63,531 nt of DNA, filler included, from Phoronis australis (GCA_002633005.1; 10 parts of 10 records of this genome joined end to end with filler, not necessarily neighbours in it), one strand, 5' to 3'; positions 24,748 to 37,996 are shown, counted from the first letter of the whole stretch. The notes: generated by a model from the letters alone, not told the origin. Numbers and translations are program-made.

Positions 24748-26057
24748 AGGCGAGGGCAACCTTTTTTCATGCCGTTTTTAGCAAAAATAAGGTTCTTTGA
24801 TTATCCCAGACATATTTTTCACTTATTTACTGCTTTTCGTAATTTAATTAATTACTTGTCGTCTACTCCGGAAGTGACGTTTTGGGAGACAAGAATTTCG
24901 CGCCAGTTTCTTTTCATATAGTCTGACTGTGAGAGCAGTCGAGTCAGTCATTGTTCTACCTCGGTTGTGATAAGTTCGGCCGTCGTTTGCTTTTACTTAC
25001 GAGTCAGTCAACATGCCACGCTGTTGCTGCGTACTGGGGTGTACTCATTATCGTCTCACGTACAGAGGAAGAACTGTCCCACTTGCCCGAGTGTCCCACT
25101 GTAGGGTGATCTGAGCACCCAAATTGCTTACATCCCGCCGTGTGACTCCCTCGCCACGCACCTGGCACCTTCTAAATAGCTCCAATACAAGTCCACAATA
25201 AACCTATCAAATTAAGGCTCACCGATCTGTTCATTTAATGACGAACTGTCCTCTTCACTGGGTGTCGAACTGGGCCTGTATTCATTCCCACTACTCAACG
25301 TCGCTGCAGGGCTGCTTACAGGCTCTGGGCTAGAGACAACAGCACAGGGCGAATCACTGCTAGTTCTCGGAATTGCACGCAATGGGGTACGTTTGGAGAC
25401 ACGGGTGACAGTAGATGAAGTGCCTCCAGTCACTGTATATAGTGGCCACAGCTCGCGAGGCTTCTCGCTTCAAAAACGCACTTCTCGGGGTTGGCGACGG
25501 GGCACTGACGGGAATCAACAGCGACGGTATGGTACCCTTCTTCAGGCGTTGTTTCGCAGGGACCTTCATCAATTCAGCGTACATATCTCTGTCGTAATGT
25601 GACGGCAGAAAATGCTTGCCACACACTCCACTGCTTTGTAAGTTGCGTGGACGGGTAGCGTTGCGTTCTTCACAAGAACGAGCTAGCCAATTACGGCGAA
25701 GTGTGTCATCCTTCGGAAAGCGACGCAAGGTACCCAAAGCGCGTATGAGACGATAATGAGTACGTCACGCCACGCAGCAGCAGCGTGGCATGTTGACTGA
25801 CTTGTAAACAAAAGCAAACGACGACCGAACTTATGACAACCGAGGTTGAGCAATGACTGACTCGACAGCTCTCATAGTCAGACTATAATTAACAGAAATT
25901 GGCGCGAAACTCTTGCCTCCCAAAACGTCACTTCCTGAGTAGTGGATGAGAAATTAATCAAATTACGAAAAGCTTTGATTAAGTGAAAAATGCGTCTGGG
26001 ATAATCAACAAACCTTATTTTTGCTAAAAGTGACATGAAAAAGGGTTGCCTTCGCCT
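24748..26057 (-). mobile_element. Kolobok DNA transposon, internally deleted (1310 bp), ~310-bp TIRs, TTAA TSD
   Basis: TTAA|AGGCGAGGGCAAC...GTTGCCTTCGCCT|TTAA. Holds a THAP ORF and the frameshifted transposase start DRFIVD..LELFRRCQVRG...GAQITLQW..GHSGKWDSS. Confidence 0.88.
25360..25791 (-). pseudogene. THAP zinc-finger ORF of the Kolobok element with a premature TGA at codon 9
   Basis: MPRCCCVA*RT...RFPKDDTLRRNW...VCGKHF...RLKKGTIPSL. TGA at 25765-25767. Confidence 0.9.
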
Positions 26058-26079
26058 TTAAAGTGTTCTTGAAATCTTT

Positions 26080-29000
26080 TGTTGGCGCTCACACGTCATA
26101 AACCAATTGTATATCCAGCATTACAGTAAACACAATGACATCGTATTTGGCCAATATTTATCGCATTTCTTCTGGAATAAACGACAATAACAAAATGTTT
26201 CACGGAAGCCAATACTATTTAAAAGGGTGCCTTTACTGAACTTTTGGAACAGAACTGTGCGAAAATATGAATTCTTAAAAAAATTGGTCTCTGAATGGGT
26301 CAATACAATTCCTAGACATTCTTTTTCGAAAGTTCTGCAATTCCGTTTATTACCCTTTAATGTCCTATTTGCATATGCTACTGGAAACTTCACCCCGTCA
26401 TCACACTGTGTCAATGATGCACCCATGAACGTTTTGAAAACTTTAGGAGTTTCAGAACAGGGGGTTTTATTAAAGCCTTCTTGGGAGCCTGGATAATATT
26501 ACCATGGGCCTTTTGCCATTTAAACTCTTTTGGTAGACACTTCTCGGCCAAAGTTCTCAACGGACTACTCAGGGGTGGATCCAGGATTTTGAGTTAGGGG
26601 GGCAAGGGCAGAGTATTAGGCAGGATTATGCTCGTCAGACATTCGCACCCACCTACTGCCAAATGGAATCTGGGAGAAATTTAGGGGGGCCATGGCCCCT
26701 TGGCCCCCCCCCTCTAAATCCGCCACTGCTACTAATCATTGAACAATTGGGAACAGCTTTCCTCTAAAATTCCATGATGCCCAAAAATGAACGTGTTTGC
26801 TTCTTAGTCTTAAGTCTCTCAGCACTTACAGCAGTTTTGTCTCAGTCCATCTATGTCTACAACTTAACCCAACATGTGTAAATTACCATGGCCAACTAAT
26901 TATTTTAACGACTTTGCAGTCAATTTTTCTTTCTGCAGTCTTGCTAAACCGTTCATAACGCAACGAGGTTTTCAAGCGTCGCTATGTAAATCATTTTCAT
27001 AGCAGCCAATATAATTGGCATACAGTGGTTAAATGTCGCTGCTGAAATTACTAACCCAAAAGGCAAGACTCGAAACTCCATCAGTTCCCTAGCTGACTGA
27101 AACGCAGTCATTGGCTTAACGTCGTATGCTTAATAAATTGACCAAAACCTTTCGTCAAGCTCAGTTTTGAAAAACCACGCAATTGAAAAATCCTGCATGG
27201 TCTCTGGGTCAAAAACAGTGAGTCCTCTGTTGATTTCTACAAAATCGGATACAAAGCTATTTGTTCCACCAGCATTCTTGAGAAATATTGGGACTATCTG
27301 ATCTTTCGTGACTTCCATTTGCAACATTTTTTCAACTTCATTATACGACTGAGAAGTCATGCTACAAGGAAGCGGATACAGGTTTATCAGTTGTAAAGAC
27401 TACCTTTTGATCAACAATAGTTGTCAAAGTGGAACATTGCCAAACATATCGGAAAATTTCGTGTAATAACCCTGGGATCCCATTCCCTACTCTGGAGACA
27501 ATTTGTTGTTCATCTTAACACCAGTAGGGTACTGTGTACGTGTGTTACTGAGTCTAAGACTTTCGCTGGAATCAGAAGGAATGTCCTCGCTAGGAGAGTC
27601 GATGACAGGAATGCATGAGTTAACCACAGCGTTCACACTCACTTTTGCTTCATTTATGGCAGAGGCACTTTGAATTTTACCCTTCTCGGAGTCTACAGAA
27701 TTTTGTTAATGGCAAGCCTTTAGTAGCTTGATGAGAAACGTTTTCGCCTTCCCATAAGACTTGGCCCTATATTCAAGGTCACTAAATTTCTCTACAGCCT
27801 CAAAAGGACCCCTCAAATGAAGGAGTAGTTTACTAGTCTTTTTGGCAATAAGACCGGAACTTTTTGACCAGTTCAAGTTTTCTCATTTTCCACGTTTAAT
27901 TGTAGTACTTTTGCGCTCTTGCGAAATGCTTTGTATACATTTTTCACCGATCGGCTCGTACTCTAGAGTTTATCTCGGAGATCAAAACATATTGGTACAA
28001 AGTTTTAACTTCATCAACTGTGATATCTTTGGTCTTCAACTATTTTATGATAGTCATAAGGCTGGACTAACTGACTGGTCATGCAGGAAAACCCTCAGTC
28101 AGTGGTTCGTTCGGCGCACATGCGTTTAAGAATGTTCATCAACGTACAATTAAAACGTCCAACAAGCCCATTGCACATATGGTGATATGGTGCAGTGGTC
28201 AAATGTGAAACACATGTCAACCTGCATACCTCCGCCATCATATCGGAAGAACTGACTACGCTTAGCAGTGAGCATTTTCTTACTCGGTAAACCAACACGA
28301 CTAAAAATGTTAAGTAAAGTCTCAGCCACCCTTTCCGTTTCTATAGTTAGCAAAGGGATAACTCCAAGACAACGAGTTGTGAATCAATTAAGTATGTAAC
28401 GGTTACTCATTTTTGTATCGGGAGTGATCGGGCCAACTAAACCAACTGCCACTCGTCAAAACTTTTCTTCTGTGGTAGGATGCTTCCCTACTACTGAAGC
28501 TTTTGATACAAAATCGTTCGTAATCGTGCGCTTTCAAACGTGAACGAAAAAGTAGTTTAACCCGACTTTATTCAACAGGCCAGAAATATTCTGACAATAC
28601 TCTCTGTTGTGTCCTATGTATTCCTGAACGCCCAGACATCATACATGTACATTAATGCACTAATACCATCACCTCTAGTCACACACTTTGTGGTAACGTC
28701 AGGTGTGAGCAAGCCACTACCTTAATGCTATCACTAGCTTCCTCTTAGTTATTCACGATCCATCAAATCATGTTTCCTGACATAACAAGAATTTTCAATT
28801 CTTTCTCCTCGGCTATGCTATGTCTAATACCCTGTAAAGATGTATCCTGTGTCTGAGTGACCTTGGAGTAACTTGGTCATTTATTCTGGAAGGCGCTGAC
28901 AACTTGTTTTATGCCTTCTCTGTTTTCCTAGTCTGTTATCCAGTACACACAACATAATAACGGGCACCCATGCTAATATTTGACCTTTTAAATATGGAGG

Positions 29001-29960
29001 GTCAGAAAACCCTTTAACCATATTGGGACCCGCATTTTAGAACCCGGCGACAGCAACTTTGCATTCTACATCCATCCGCACATAATCATTGTCTCGTACG
29101 AGTTCGTTCTTCACAGTTATACCACTGCTCTAGTAATCTTTCAACACTCACCCTTTTTGTCACCAACAACACCCACAGTCACAGACATAGGTCTTATTTT
29201 ACCAATAACACTATCAACGTAGAAACTGATGTAACTCGTAACTGGATTACATTTATTACACCATTTTTGGTCATAGAAATATTAAAAAACGGACAATTGC
29301 CGCACAAGTCAAAAAGTTCATGTTCACAAAACGTTGAATGAACTTGAACTTTTATGTTTGTGAGGCGATTGTCCGTTTTTTTAATTTGAATTACATTTGT
29401 GAGCTTGCCTTGCGACTCAGGACTAGTACTGACTTGTTTTCCATCAGTTTTAACTTGATCTTTGGCAGTACACTTACATGTAGCTTCATTGTGACCTACA
29501 CCATTTCATCCAAAACATGCAATATCTGTATTTGGCAATTGAGTGTTCGCCTGACTGGAACCAGCACTAGAGGTGTAAAATCTAGTACTAGGTGTTCTGA
29601 TAATAGGAAATATTACTAAAATTACAATGGGATAATTTCTAGCTTCCCTGAATTGGTAAACCAACACAGCCACTCCATCTAGCGACTAAAGTTAGATGCT
29701 AACCTAACATAGAACTGCCGGAGAGAATGTCTCCATCAGCTGGCAACGCACCTCGAAAATTCTTCAATAAGCAAATCGTTTCATCAAAACTTATCTCAGA
29801 ATTGTGTAATTGAGCGCACCCTCCAGTAGGAGCAAGGAATACACGTTCAGGGCATCACCTTTCAACAAAAAGCTGAGATGTGTTCCCCACACATCCTGCC
29901 TCCGAACATGAGTCTCAACAAGTCTGTCGGACCCTCATAGATATGCATCATTGTCAGCGA
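26080..29960 (-). mobile_element. Heavily decayed Gmr1-type Gypsy retrotransposon (gag-PR-INT-RT-RH order) inside the large MAM intron
   Basis: gag DAYL...WGTHLSFLLKGDALNVY (~29900). Integrase RVAETLLNIFSRVGLP, TTAPYHHMCNGLVGRFNCTL (~28200), GPF (~27810). RT EVEKMLQM...DFVEIN..TVFDPE (~27250). RNase H GASLTQ...FPVAYANRTL...EKECLGIV (~26350). Confidence 0.85.
26570..26728. mobile_element. CAG...CTG MITE with 5-bp TSD nested in the Gmr1 element
   Basis: CAGGGGTGGATCCAG / CTAAATCCGCCACTG, CTACT on both sides. Confidence 0.8.
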
Positions 29961-32900
29961 TGAGATTACTTGTAGCTGTGGAATCACAGTAGACACGAAG
30001 GCAGAGAGAGACAAGGGTGCAGAGCTACGCAAAAGCCTCCGGAAGTAGTGTCAGCTTTCATATTTAACACACCAACCATGGTCGACTAATCACCAATAGC
30101 GGAGTTGCAACGCCGCCATATTGGAAATGGGTCAGAATGTTGCATTGTGGTTAAGCTGGTAAACAAGTACGTCGGCAAGCGTGGGGGCGAACCGGCCACA
30201 GGGAGGTTATACGTGTTGTGTGCCTGGCATGCTATAATACCAGTTAGCGAAATAAAAAAANNNNNNNNNNNNNNNNNNNNNNNNNNNNNNNNNNNNNNNN
30301 NNNNNNNNNNNNNNNNNNNNNNNNNNNNNNNNNNNNNNNNNNNNNNNNNNNNNNNNNNNNNNNNNNNNNNNNNNNNNNNNNNNNNNNNNNNNNNNNNNNN
30401 NNNNNNNNNNNNNNNNNNNNNNNNNNNNNNNNNNNNNNNNNNNNNNNNNNNNNNNNNNNNNNNNNNNNNNNNNNNNNNNNNNNNNNNNNNNNNNNNNNNN
30501 NNNNNNNNNNNNNNNNNNNNNNNNNNNNNNNNNNNNNNNNNNNNNNNNNNNNNNNNNNNNNNNNNNNNNNNNNNNNNNNNNNNNNNNNNNNNNNNNNNNN
30601 NNNNNNNNNNNNNNNNNNNNNNNNNNNNNNNNNNNNNNNNNNNNNNNNNNNNNNNNNNNNNNNNNNNNNNNNNNNNNNNNNNNNNNNNNNNNNNNNNNNN
30701 NNNNNNNNNNNNNNNNNNNNNNNNNNNNNNNNNNNNNNNNNNNNNNNNNNNNNNNNNNNNNNNNNNNNNNNNNNNNNNNNNNNNNNNNNNNNNNNNNNNN
30801 NNNNNNNNNNNNNNNNNNNNNNNNNNNNNNNNNNNNNNNNNNNNNNNNNNNNNNNNNNNNNNNNNNNNNNNNNNNNNNNNNNNNNNNNNNNNNNNNNNNN
30901 NNNNNNNNNNNNNNNNNNNNNNNNNNNNNNNNNNNNNNNNNNNNNNNNNNNNNNNNNNNNNNNNNNNNNNNNNNNNNNNNNNNNNNNNNNNNNNNNNNNN
31001 NNNNNNNNNNNNNNNNNNNNNNNNNNNNNNNNNNNNNNNNNNNNNNNNNNNNNNNNNNNNNNNNNNNNNNNNNNNNNNNNNNNNNNNNNNNNNNNNNNNN
31101 NNNNNNNNNNTACGGACATAACGGTGAGGCTCGTGGTCCGTTACAAATTCAGGCTGTCGGATCTTTCAATTGATAAATTGGAGACGTTAGAACTGTATGT
31201 AAGGGCATTTTTCGCATGTAGTTCATGGGCTGGGCGCTTACTTTAGCAAAGTCTGAAAACGCGTTGGGGCACTTGTTGAGCCATGGGCGCTAATTAGGGC
31301 GAATAGCGGCAGAATTACATACAACAGCGTAGTTTAATGCACACAAATTACACGTCGTGCAAACCAGTCGGCCATCCCGTTTACCATCAACAATCCCAGT
31401 AGCCTTTGCGCACCCTAATTTCCGGACATGCGCAATCGTTAAATCGATTCGGTTGCAACTCCGCTATATGGGCAACGTCCAAGTCAAAATCAAGTCTGAT
31501 TTCTCCTAATAACGTGAGCACGGCCTCGTTCTGGTCAGACTTCGGCAACCAACGAGGCAAGCAATGACTGAAACGAGTCAAGCTTGTTCGTAACTGCATC
31601 AAAATACAACTCAATTTTTGCTGTGATAGGTCGTACCTAGAAAGCTGAGATTTCCTATCTGGAGATTTGCTAGGTGCGTCGATTAACCCCGGTGAGCCGT
31701 CATCACATAACTGTTCCTCCGTCATACATACTGATAAATCCACAACCGAACTAAATGACATCCAGCATGCAAAATAAAAACGTTGAGCTCGCGCCTTTCT
31801 AGCGGAAGTGGGTTTTTAAAGCGATTGGTGGTCACGCACAGTTTTAAAGCGCCATCTTTGAGTGACTGAAGGAAATGTTAGGTAACTATCAGGTACGTGT
31901 ATGAAATAAAAATGATAGAATGGTAGACAGAGTTGAGTATTTTATGTGACACACAAAGGTACATCTCTATGCTCCAAAGGGTCCTTGGTCCGAAGGCTTG
32001 CCGATAGTTCAAAAATGTCAGGAAATAAGTCCTGCACAATTTGACTTCTTTTATTGAGCTGTATTGTTGGTCAGTTACAGTTTTTGACAATTCTATTGTC
32101 GATAATTGTTAGTCGGTTATCCGTAACAAAACAAAAATCTAGTGATCTGACTTTGATTAACGATTTACGAACGACAAGAATGATAAATATACACGATAGA
32201 ATAGTGGTAAATTACCTAAACGATACTATAAGCTCTACAATATTCATCTACGGCATTATGGCCTGTACAATATTCACTAATTCAAACTCACAGCACAAAC
32301 GGCTAGTACGCAATGTAATGAAATAGGTCAAATGAAGAAGCAATGGAGAGAAAAACTAAAAGATATTCCGAGAGCAGGTCAGACACACAATGGACTGGAA
32401 GCGCACAAGATACACAGCCTAAAAACTACCGAGGAGCAAGCCAACAAAATATGAACGACAAACTGATAAACGTACCTCCAGCAAGTATCTCAGAAATGTA
32501 GAGTGATGAAACAAGTCCGATGTATACATGTTGGGATATTCAGATAATAACGTGGTGTCTCGCGAAAATTCTTTTTAAATATAGCAGTACTACACAACTT
32601 GTAGTGCAATGAGTAGCTGTTATAAGAAAGCGCCCTAAAACTACAGTGGGCTTGGGGGCCGTCACGCGTCACAAAGAGAATGTGATGTACTGAAATGGCC
32701 ACCAAAAATAATGTAAACGGTGTCAAATAAACACAAGGGTAAAAATTAACGGGTTCTGCAATGCAAAGGTTATCCTCATATTCGATAGTTTGAAAATCAT
32801 AAAAACGTAGCGGTCTTTATAGTCTGAACTGGTTCTATGGTCCAAAGCTTCTGTAGTGCGGAGGTTCTATAGTACATGTACGTTCGGACTACTGTATAGA

Positions 32901-33027
32901 GCCTTCGAACTCTAGGGCATTCAGACTACAGACATGCATCCCGCATACAAATGCTTGTTAAGAGATTATTTGTCAAAAGTTATAGTTCATTTTAAAACGT
33001 TCAGTTACGATCATTGATCTTTTGTAG

Positions 33028-33201
33028 CTTGCCATCACTGGAACTAAAGGCACATCAGGCAAAGGCGACATAGCACTGGACAGTTTTGTGATGAGACCGC
33101 AGGCTTGCCCCAAGCTGCCTTTGGCATGTGATTTCGAAGATTTCACCCTGTGCAGTTTCAATAATGATCCAGATGCTGACTTCAAATGGAAACCAATAAA
33201 T
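33028..33201 (+). CDS. MAM-domain gene exon: LAITGTKGTSGKGDIALDSFVMRPQACPKLPLACDFEDFTLCSFNNDPDADFKWKPIN (end of MAM1, start of MAM2)
   Basis: GDIALD...C and CDFE...LC...DF.W signatures, ttgtag and gtgagt sites, phase 0-0. Confidence 0.95.
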
Positions 33202-34339
33202 GTGAGTTGGTTTATTAGCCTATTTATTGCTTGTCACACGCCAGCTCATACGGCGCGAAATGCCGGGTTATGTAATGGAAATATACGAGTTTTACTTCAA
33301 GGATTCTCGTATAATTTAGCATCTAAGTCATTTATTCACTTCGATGACTGCCATTTTGCCAGTGAAAACTAATGTCACGAGATTTCTGTTGCTTACGGAA
33401 CTCCGTCCGTGTTACGTGCATTCGTGTCAGTGGTTCACGTTGTGATGCGTGCAGTGTTCCCACCCACATCTACATGTACGTTTGAGCAATGGGCGGTTGC
33501 GGTTTGATCGAATGGAAATTGAAAGTCTGTGAAAAGCCAAAAAGACTCGATGTTGAGTAGCCAAAAGAGTCACGCTTTCGCCCACTTAGTACTGACCAAT
33601 GAGCGACAAGTTTACACTTGCTCTGATTTCATATGTTTATTTCTTTACCTGGAATTCATTGATGATAGGCGTCGAGCCATTTACAAATAGCATATATTGT
33701 GTGAATTTCGTGTTGATTAGAGAAAAAATGCAACCTGTTGCGTGCGTACAAGAATAACTTGTTGACAAAGCAACGGACTTGGAGAAAAAATCTTTCTCGT
33801 CTCTACAGTGTCAAAGATATCGGTGATGACACCGGCATTGACAAAAAAACTAGTGATGCCGTCAAAATCGATATCTGGCCACTAGGTTAACAACACTGAG
33901 AATGCTGACGATGTGCATGAGGATGACTGCATTAATAATGGACAGTACTTAAATGAAAGCTCTGTGAGGAGCGACACCTGGTGAAATTGACTGTATACAA
34001 AGGTAACATCGATCACGAAGAAAATGGCAACAAAGACGATCGCGATCGCTATTCATGTAGAAGAAACTTTAATGCTTGAACACGAACGGTGATACCAAAG
34101 ACTTCATCGAACACCACGATACCATTAACTACACCGCAAACAAAACTTTTCGATAATAATAACGTCGACGACAATGACGTTGACCTTCAAGCCGACGACA
34201 CCGACAAAATAGGGCGACATCGTATACACCATTTCACGACAAATCAACATACTTGGGACAGAGTCATTTTACCAAGCAATGAATGGAAAATAGGCACATT
34301 AATTTTAGGCGCGTAAACGGGTCGAAAACCGTTGACTCN

Positions 34340-35345
34340 GGGAAGAACGTTTCCTGTTGATACCTAGAGAACTTGACACAAACTTAAAAGGTATTTGATA
34401 TATGTGCGCCGACAACATATTATTTTCGGGAAGACTCGACTGCTGCACTTCTTCCAAGGTGTATTGTTTCCGGATGATATGTAGAGAATCAATTGAAGTG
34501 TTTTAGCAAAAGGTGATACAGAGGTATGTCATGACAATGCAACGGCACCGTTAATTTTTCGCGCGCATTTGACCACTGTAGCACCTCCTAGTGTCCATTT
34601 GGTTTTTGACATGTTTTTTTTGAAGAATTGTTTGGTAAAAGAGCGTTTCTGAAGGATATCTAAAGAACCAATCGACGGTATACGGTGAAATTTGACACAG
34701 AAGATATGGCAATGAGGTTACGCCAGCACCGTATGATTTTTGGGCAGATTTCGAGCACTGTAGCACCTCCTAGTGACCATTTTGTGGTAGTGCGTTTCCA
34801 GGTGATATTTATAGATCCGACCGATGAGTTTTAATAAACTTGACACAGAAATATTATATGTGATGTCACTGCGCTGGCAACATGAGATGCAGATTCTACC
34901 ACTGCAGCACCTCCTAGTTGCCGTTTTGTTCTCGACAAGAGGCTTTGCAAGTGTTGTTTGGGGGAACCGTGTTTCTGGATGATGTCTAGAGAGCCGATTA
35001 ACGGATATCAATGAAACTTGATATAGAGGTATATGAGGACAATACACCAGCACCATTCGATTTTCGGGTGGGTTTGACCATTGGAGAACCATGCAGTGGC
35101 ACCTTTGGGGAAACGCGTTTACGGATTATACCTAGTGAACAGATTGACGGATTACGATGAAATTTGACGCAGAGGTATATGATGTCAATGCGCTGGCACC
35201 ATTTAATTTTCAGGCCAATTAGGTCACGACGAGGGGCTTTTAAAATGTTATTTGGGGGAGAGTGTTTCCGGACGATATCAAGAGAACCGTCGGACTGATT
35301 TTGATGAAACTTTTACAGTGTCAATGTGCTGGTACCTTCCATCAT
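34340..35345. repeat. Degenerate tandem array (units of roughly 150-190 bp) of Helentron-associated (HINE)-type core repeats
   Basis: Recurring cgtttc(c/t)ggatgata..tagaga...gaaa(c/t)ttgacacaga and gcacctcctagtg modules. Confidence 0.65.
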
Positions 35346-35646
35346 TGGGAGCCCGCTCAAAAACACAGAAGAAAAAGGTGACAGATGACTATTGTTTTCA
35401 GGAAGGGGTCCCCGGAGAACTACAGTGTCGTCATGAATTTATTAACATGGTTAAATTTACTTTTGAGAATCTACATAACAATTTCATCACCGGTAGTGGA
35501 CAAATGCATATTTCGCTTTTTTCTAGAGAGATCCTTTTATCCCGCCATACTCCCTGACGACAGCAAGTTATTGGGGCGCAATTGCCTCCCAGCCTCTCGA
35601 CTCCTACATTTGTGTATAATAATCACTATAATTATAACTGTTATAG

Positions 35647-35822
35647 CAACGCCATTCTGCCTGAAGTGGTGGTACCATATGTATGGCTTCACTATGGGCA
35701 CCTTGAATGTTCTCGTAGTGGACGCCAACGGAAACGAGGAGAATATCTGGCAGAAATACAGAAGCCAAGGAGACAAATGGTACGAGGCCAGTGTCCATGT
35801 GAACCGAAACGACATCATTCAG
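35647..35822 (+). CDS. MAM-domain gene exon: TPFCLKWWYHMYGFTMGTLNVLVVDANGNEENIWQKYRSQGDKWYEASVHVNRNDIIQ
   Basis: Canonical CL.WWYHMYG..MGTLNV...QGDKW MAM motif, phase 1-0. Confidence 0.95.
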
Positions 35823-37909
35823 GTAGGGCTGAGTAATTGTGTCGCAATGCGTGAAAGGAGACATAGGAGGTTGATGATTCATAAAGCGTTCAAAATCCGC
35901 CACATGAATTTGTGACATACTGCGGAAAGTGCATTTAGTAAATTATGACTTTATCTTAGGAAGGACAAATTATACAGTTTGCGCAAATACTGTAACCACG
36001 CGCAGTGCATTCAGGAACCAGTAGTAACAAAGCAAGCAATTCCCGGAGGAACTAACGTACCCTCGTAGAAACGTTGTACACTTTAATAGTGCACAAAAAC
36101 CCGCTTAGTTGTCGCACGTAGTGTATATTCTTTGTTTCCTCTCTGAAGGTATCTCAGCAACGCAATTAATTGCTGGAATACGAATGTCTGCCTGAAGGTC
36201 CTTCCAAACTTAAGGTGTAGAGAGTTTTCTGCATACAGGTCTACCTTCAGATACATGTACGGCCAGTGGGCTTATATGAGGATTTTTTCTGCAGATAATT
36301 GCAGGTCGTAAATTTGGGAAAATAGGTGGGCCAATAGCGCCGTCGCAACTTAGTTCTCGACCCTAAGTCACGTTTTTTACTGAGATACTTACTCCATATC
36401 AGTCAAGCCAAAGAAAGTTACCAGACAAATTCAACTTCGTCAAATTCTAATCTCATCGTCCTGCCAATAGTCTCGTACCCTGACCTCCAAAAGCTCTCTT
36501 GACATTGAAGCAAGAAGCCATTTGCAATCAGCAGGAACATTGTTTAAGCACTTTGAATGAGTTCCGTGACAATACAATCAATATGGCTGTGTCATTCCAT
36601 GTTCATTGCCACGTGCAATTAAATATTGATCAACATTTACCAGATCATTGGAGACTTAATTTGTACCTCTACATTGCTCGTTTTTGGTCAATTTCAGTGT
36701 TCCCGTATATCAATGGTATACAACAATTAAAGAACAGTGCTTGTGAATTTGATTTTTGTAAATTTAATGAAGTTTTGGCACTTTTCATTTGTTCTCGGTG
36801 TTGTTCATGGAAATGAATGTATTCCTAAAAAGCTGCCATGGTAACGACTTTTGGTTTTAAATATTGTCCCGTACATAAATAGGACACTGCGATTTAATAA
36901 AAGCTGATGCAGTTTCACAAGATAGCGCTGGATATACCAATCGCACCTGTAGAGGTCGCATCAAACAATAAAATATAACGTTGTCCACGTGTTCTTATAC
37001 GCGTGCTGAAACGATTGGAAGAAAAGTCAAATGCGGAGTAAGTTTCCCTCCCTGTTGTGTCCTTCTCGCAGCAATTTATACCATGTTGTTTTTGTTTAGT
37101 CAGACCAAAAACAATGCAACTGTGGTTACGTTGAGTGCTGACAAAATCAAGGTACTCTTTTGGCTTAATTCTCATCAATGTCATTACAAAATAGGTTTTA
37201 AAGCAAATCAGCTTTATTGAAACGTGTTCTCAAATGATGCCCCTTTCAACGTGTCATCATTTTCAGTAGAAATTTTCGTAATTCTAAGCTGCACTTGACT
37301 GATAAAATACTCATCAATTTCATTATTTTACCACACCCCTGGAAACACTGCGAAAAATTCTGTGGCACATGTTATCTCCATGTACACTGTAAATCCATTT
37401 CCATTTTCTGTTTTTTCATAATCTGATTTAAATTCAAAAACTGTTGAAACTTGAGCTAAACCGTGTTAACTTTTTGTCTATATGTCAATGACTTCTGAGT
37501 ACCAGATATGGGTTTCTCACTTTGTGATTATATAATGTTTAGTTGTTTACAGCGCCCTCCACTGCTCAACATGTGTGACTGTTTAATCCAAATACACGTA
37601 GTCTTGGAAAATGTGCAACGTAAATCGTGGGAACTTTTTAAATACTGAATAAGAATATGTTTTAGTAAATTGCCAAGTGAAAGTACAATCAAAATGTTCT
37701 ACAGCTACGGCCGAGACTTGTTAACTCATAATGTTGAGTCTGCCCCCAAGCAGAGCTGAACTGTCGGTACTTCTAGACAAGCGAAAGCTGCTCTAATTTA
37801 ACAAAAACGTTAAAACCAGTGTTATAATTATCAGCAATCTAAGTCAAAAGTAATCTTTGGCGGAAGACGGTTTTGTAAGTTGTGTTACTATGTGAGCATT
37901 TCATTGCAG

Positions 37910-37996
37910 GTGGTGTTCGAAGCCAGGATGGGGGTTTCGTATGGATCTGACATTGCTCTCGATTTGATACAGATGAATGCTGCGTCTGCTTGCTAA
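37910..37996 (+). CDS. MAM-domain gene terminal exon: VVFEARMGVSYGSDIALDLIQMNAASAC*
   Basis: VVFEA...SDIALD...C MAM end, ttgcag acceptor, AATAAA at 38183-38188. Confidence 0.93.
   Translation: MVFEARMGVSYGSDIALDLIQMNAASAC

Noticed and set aside
25765-25767. Selenocysteine read-through of the TGA in the THAP ORF
   Set aside because: The other TIR shows this position is Gly and the next codon is the Cys, which is also mutated here (CGT). This is ordinary decay.
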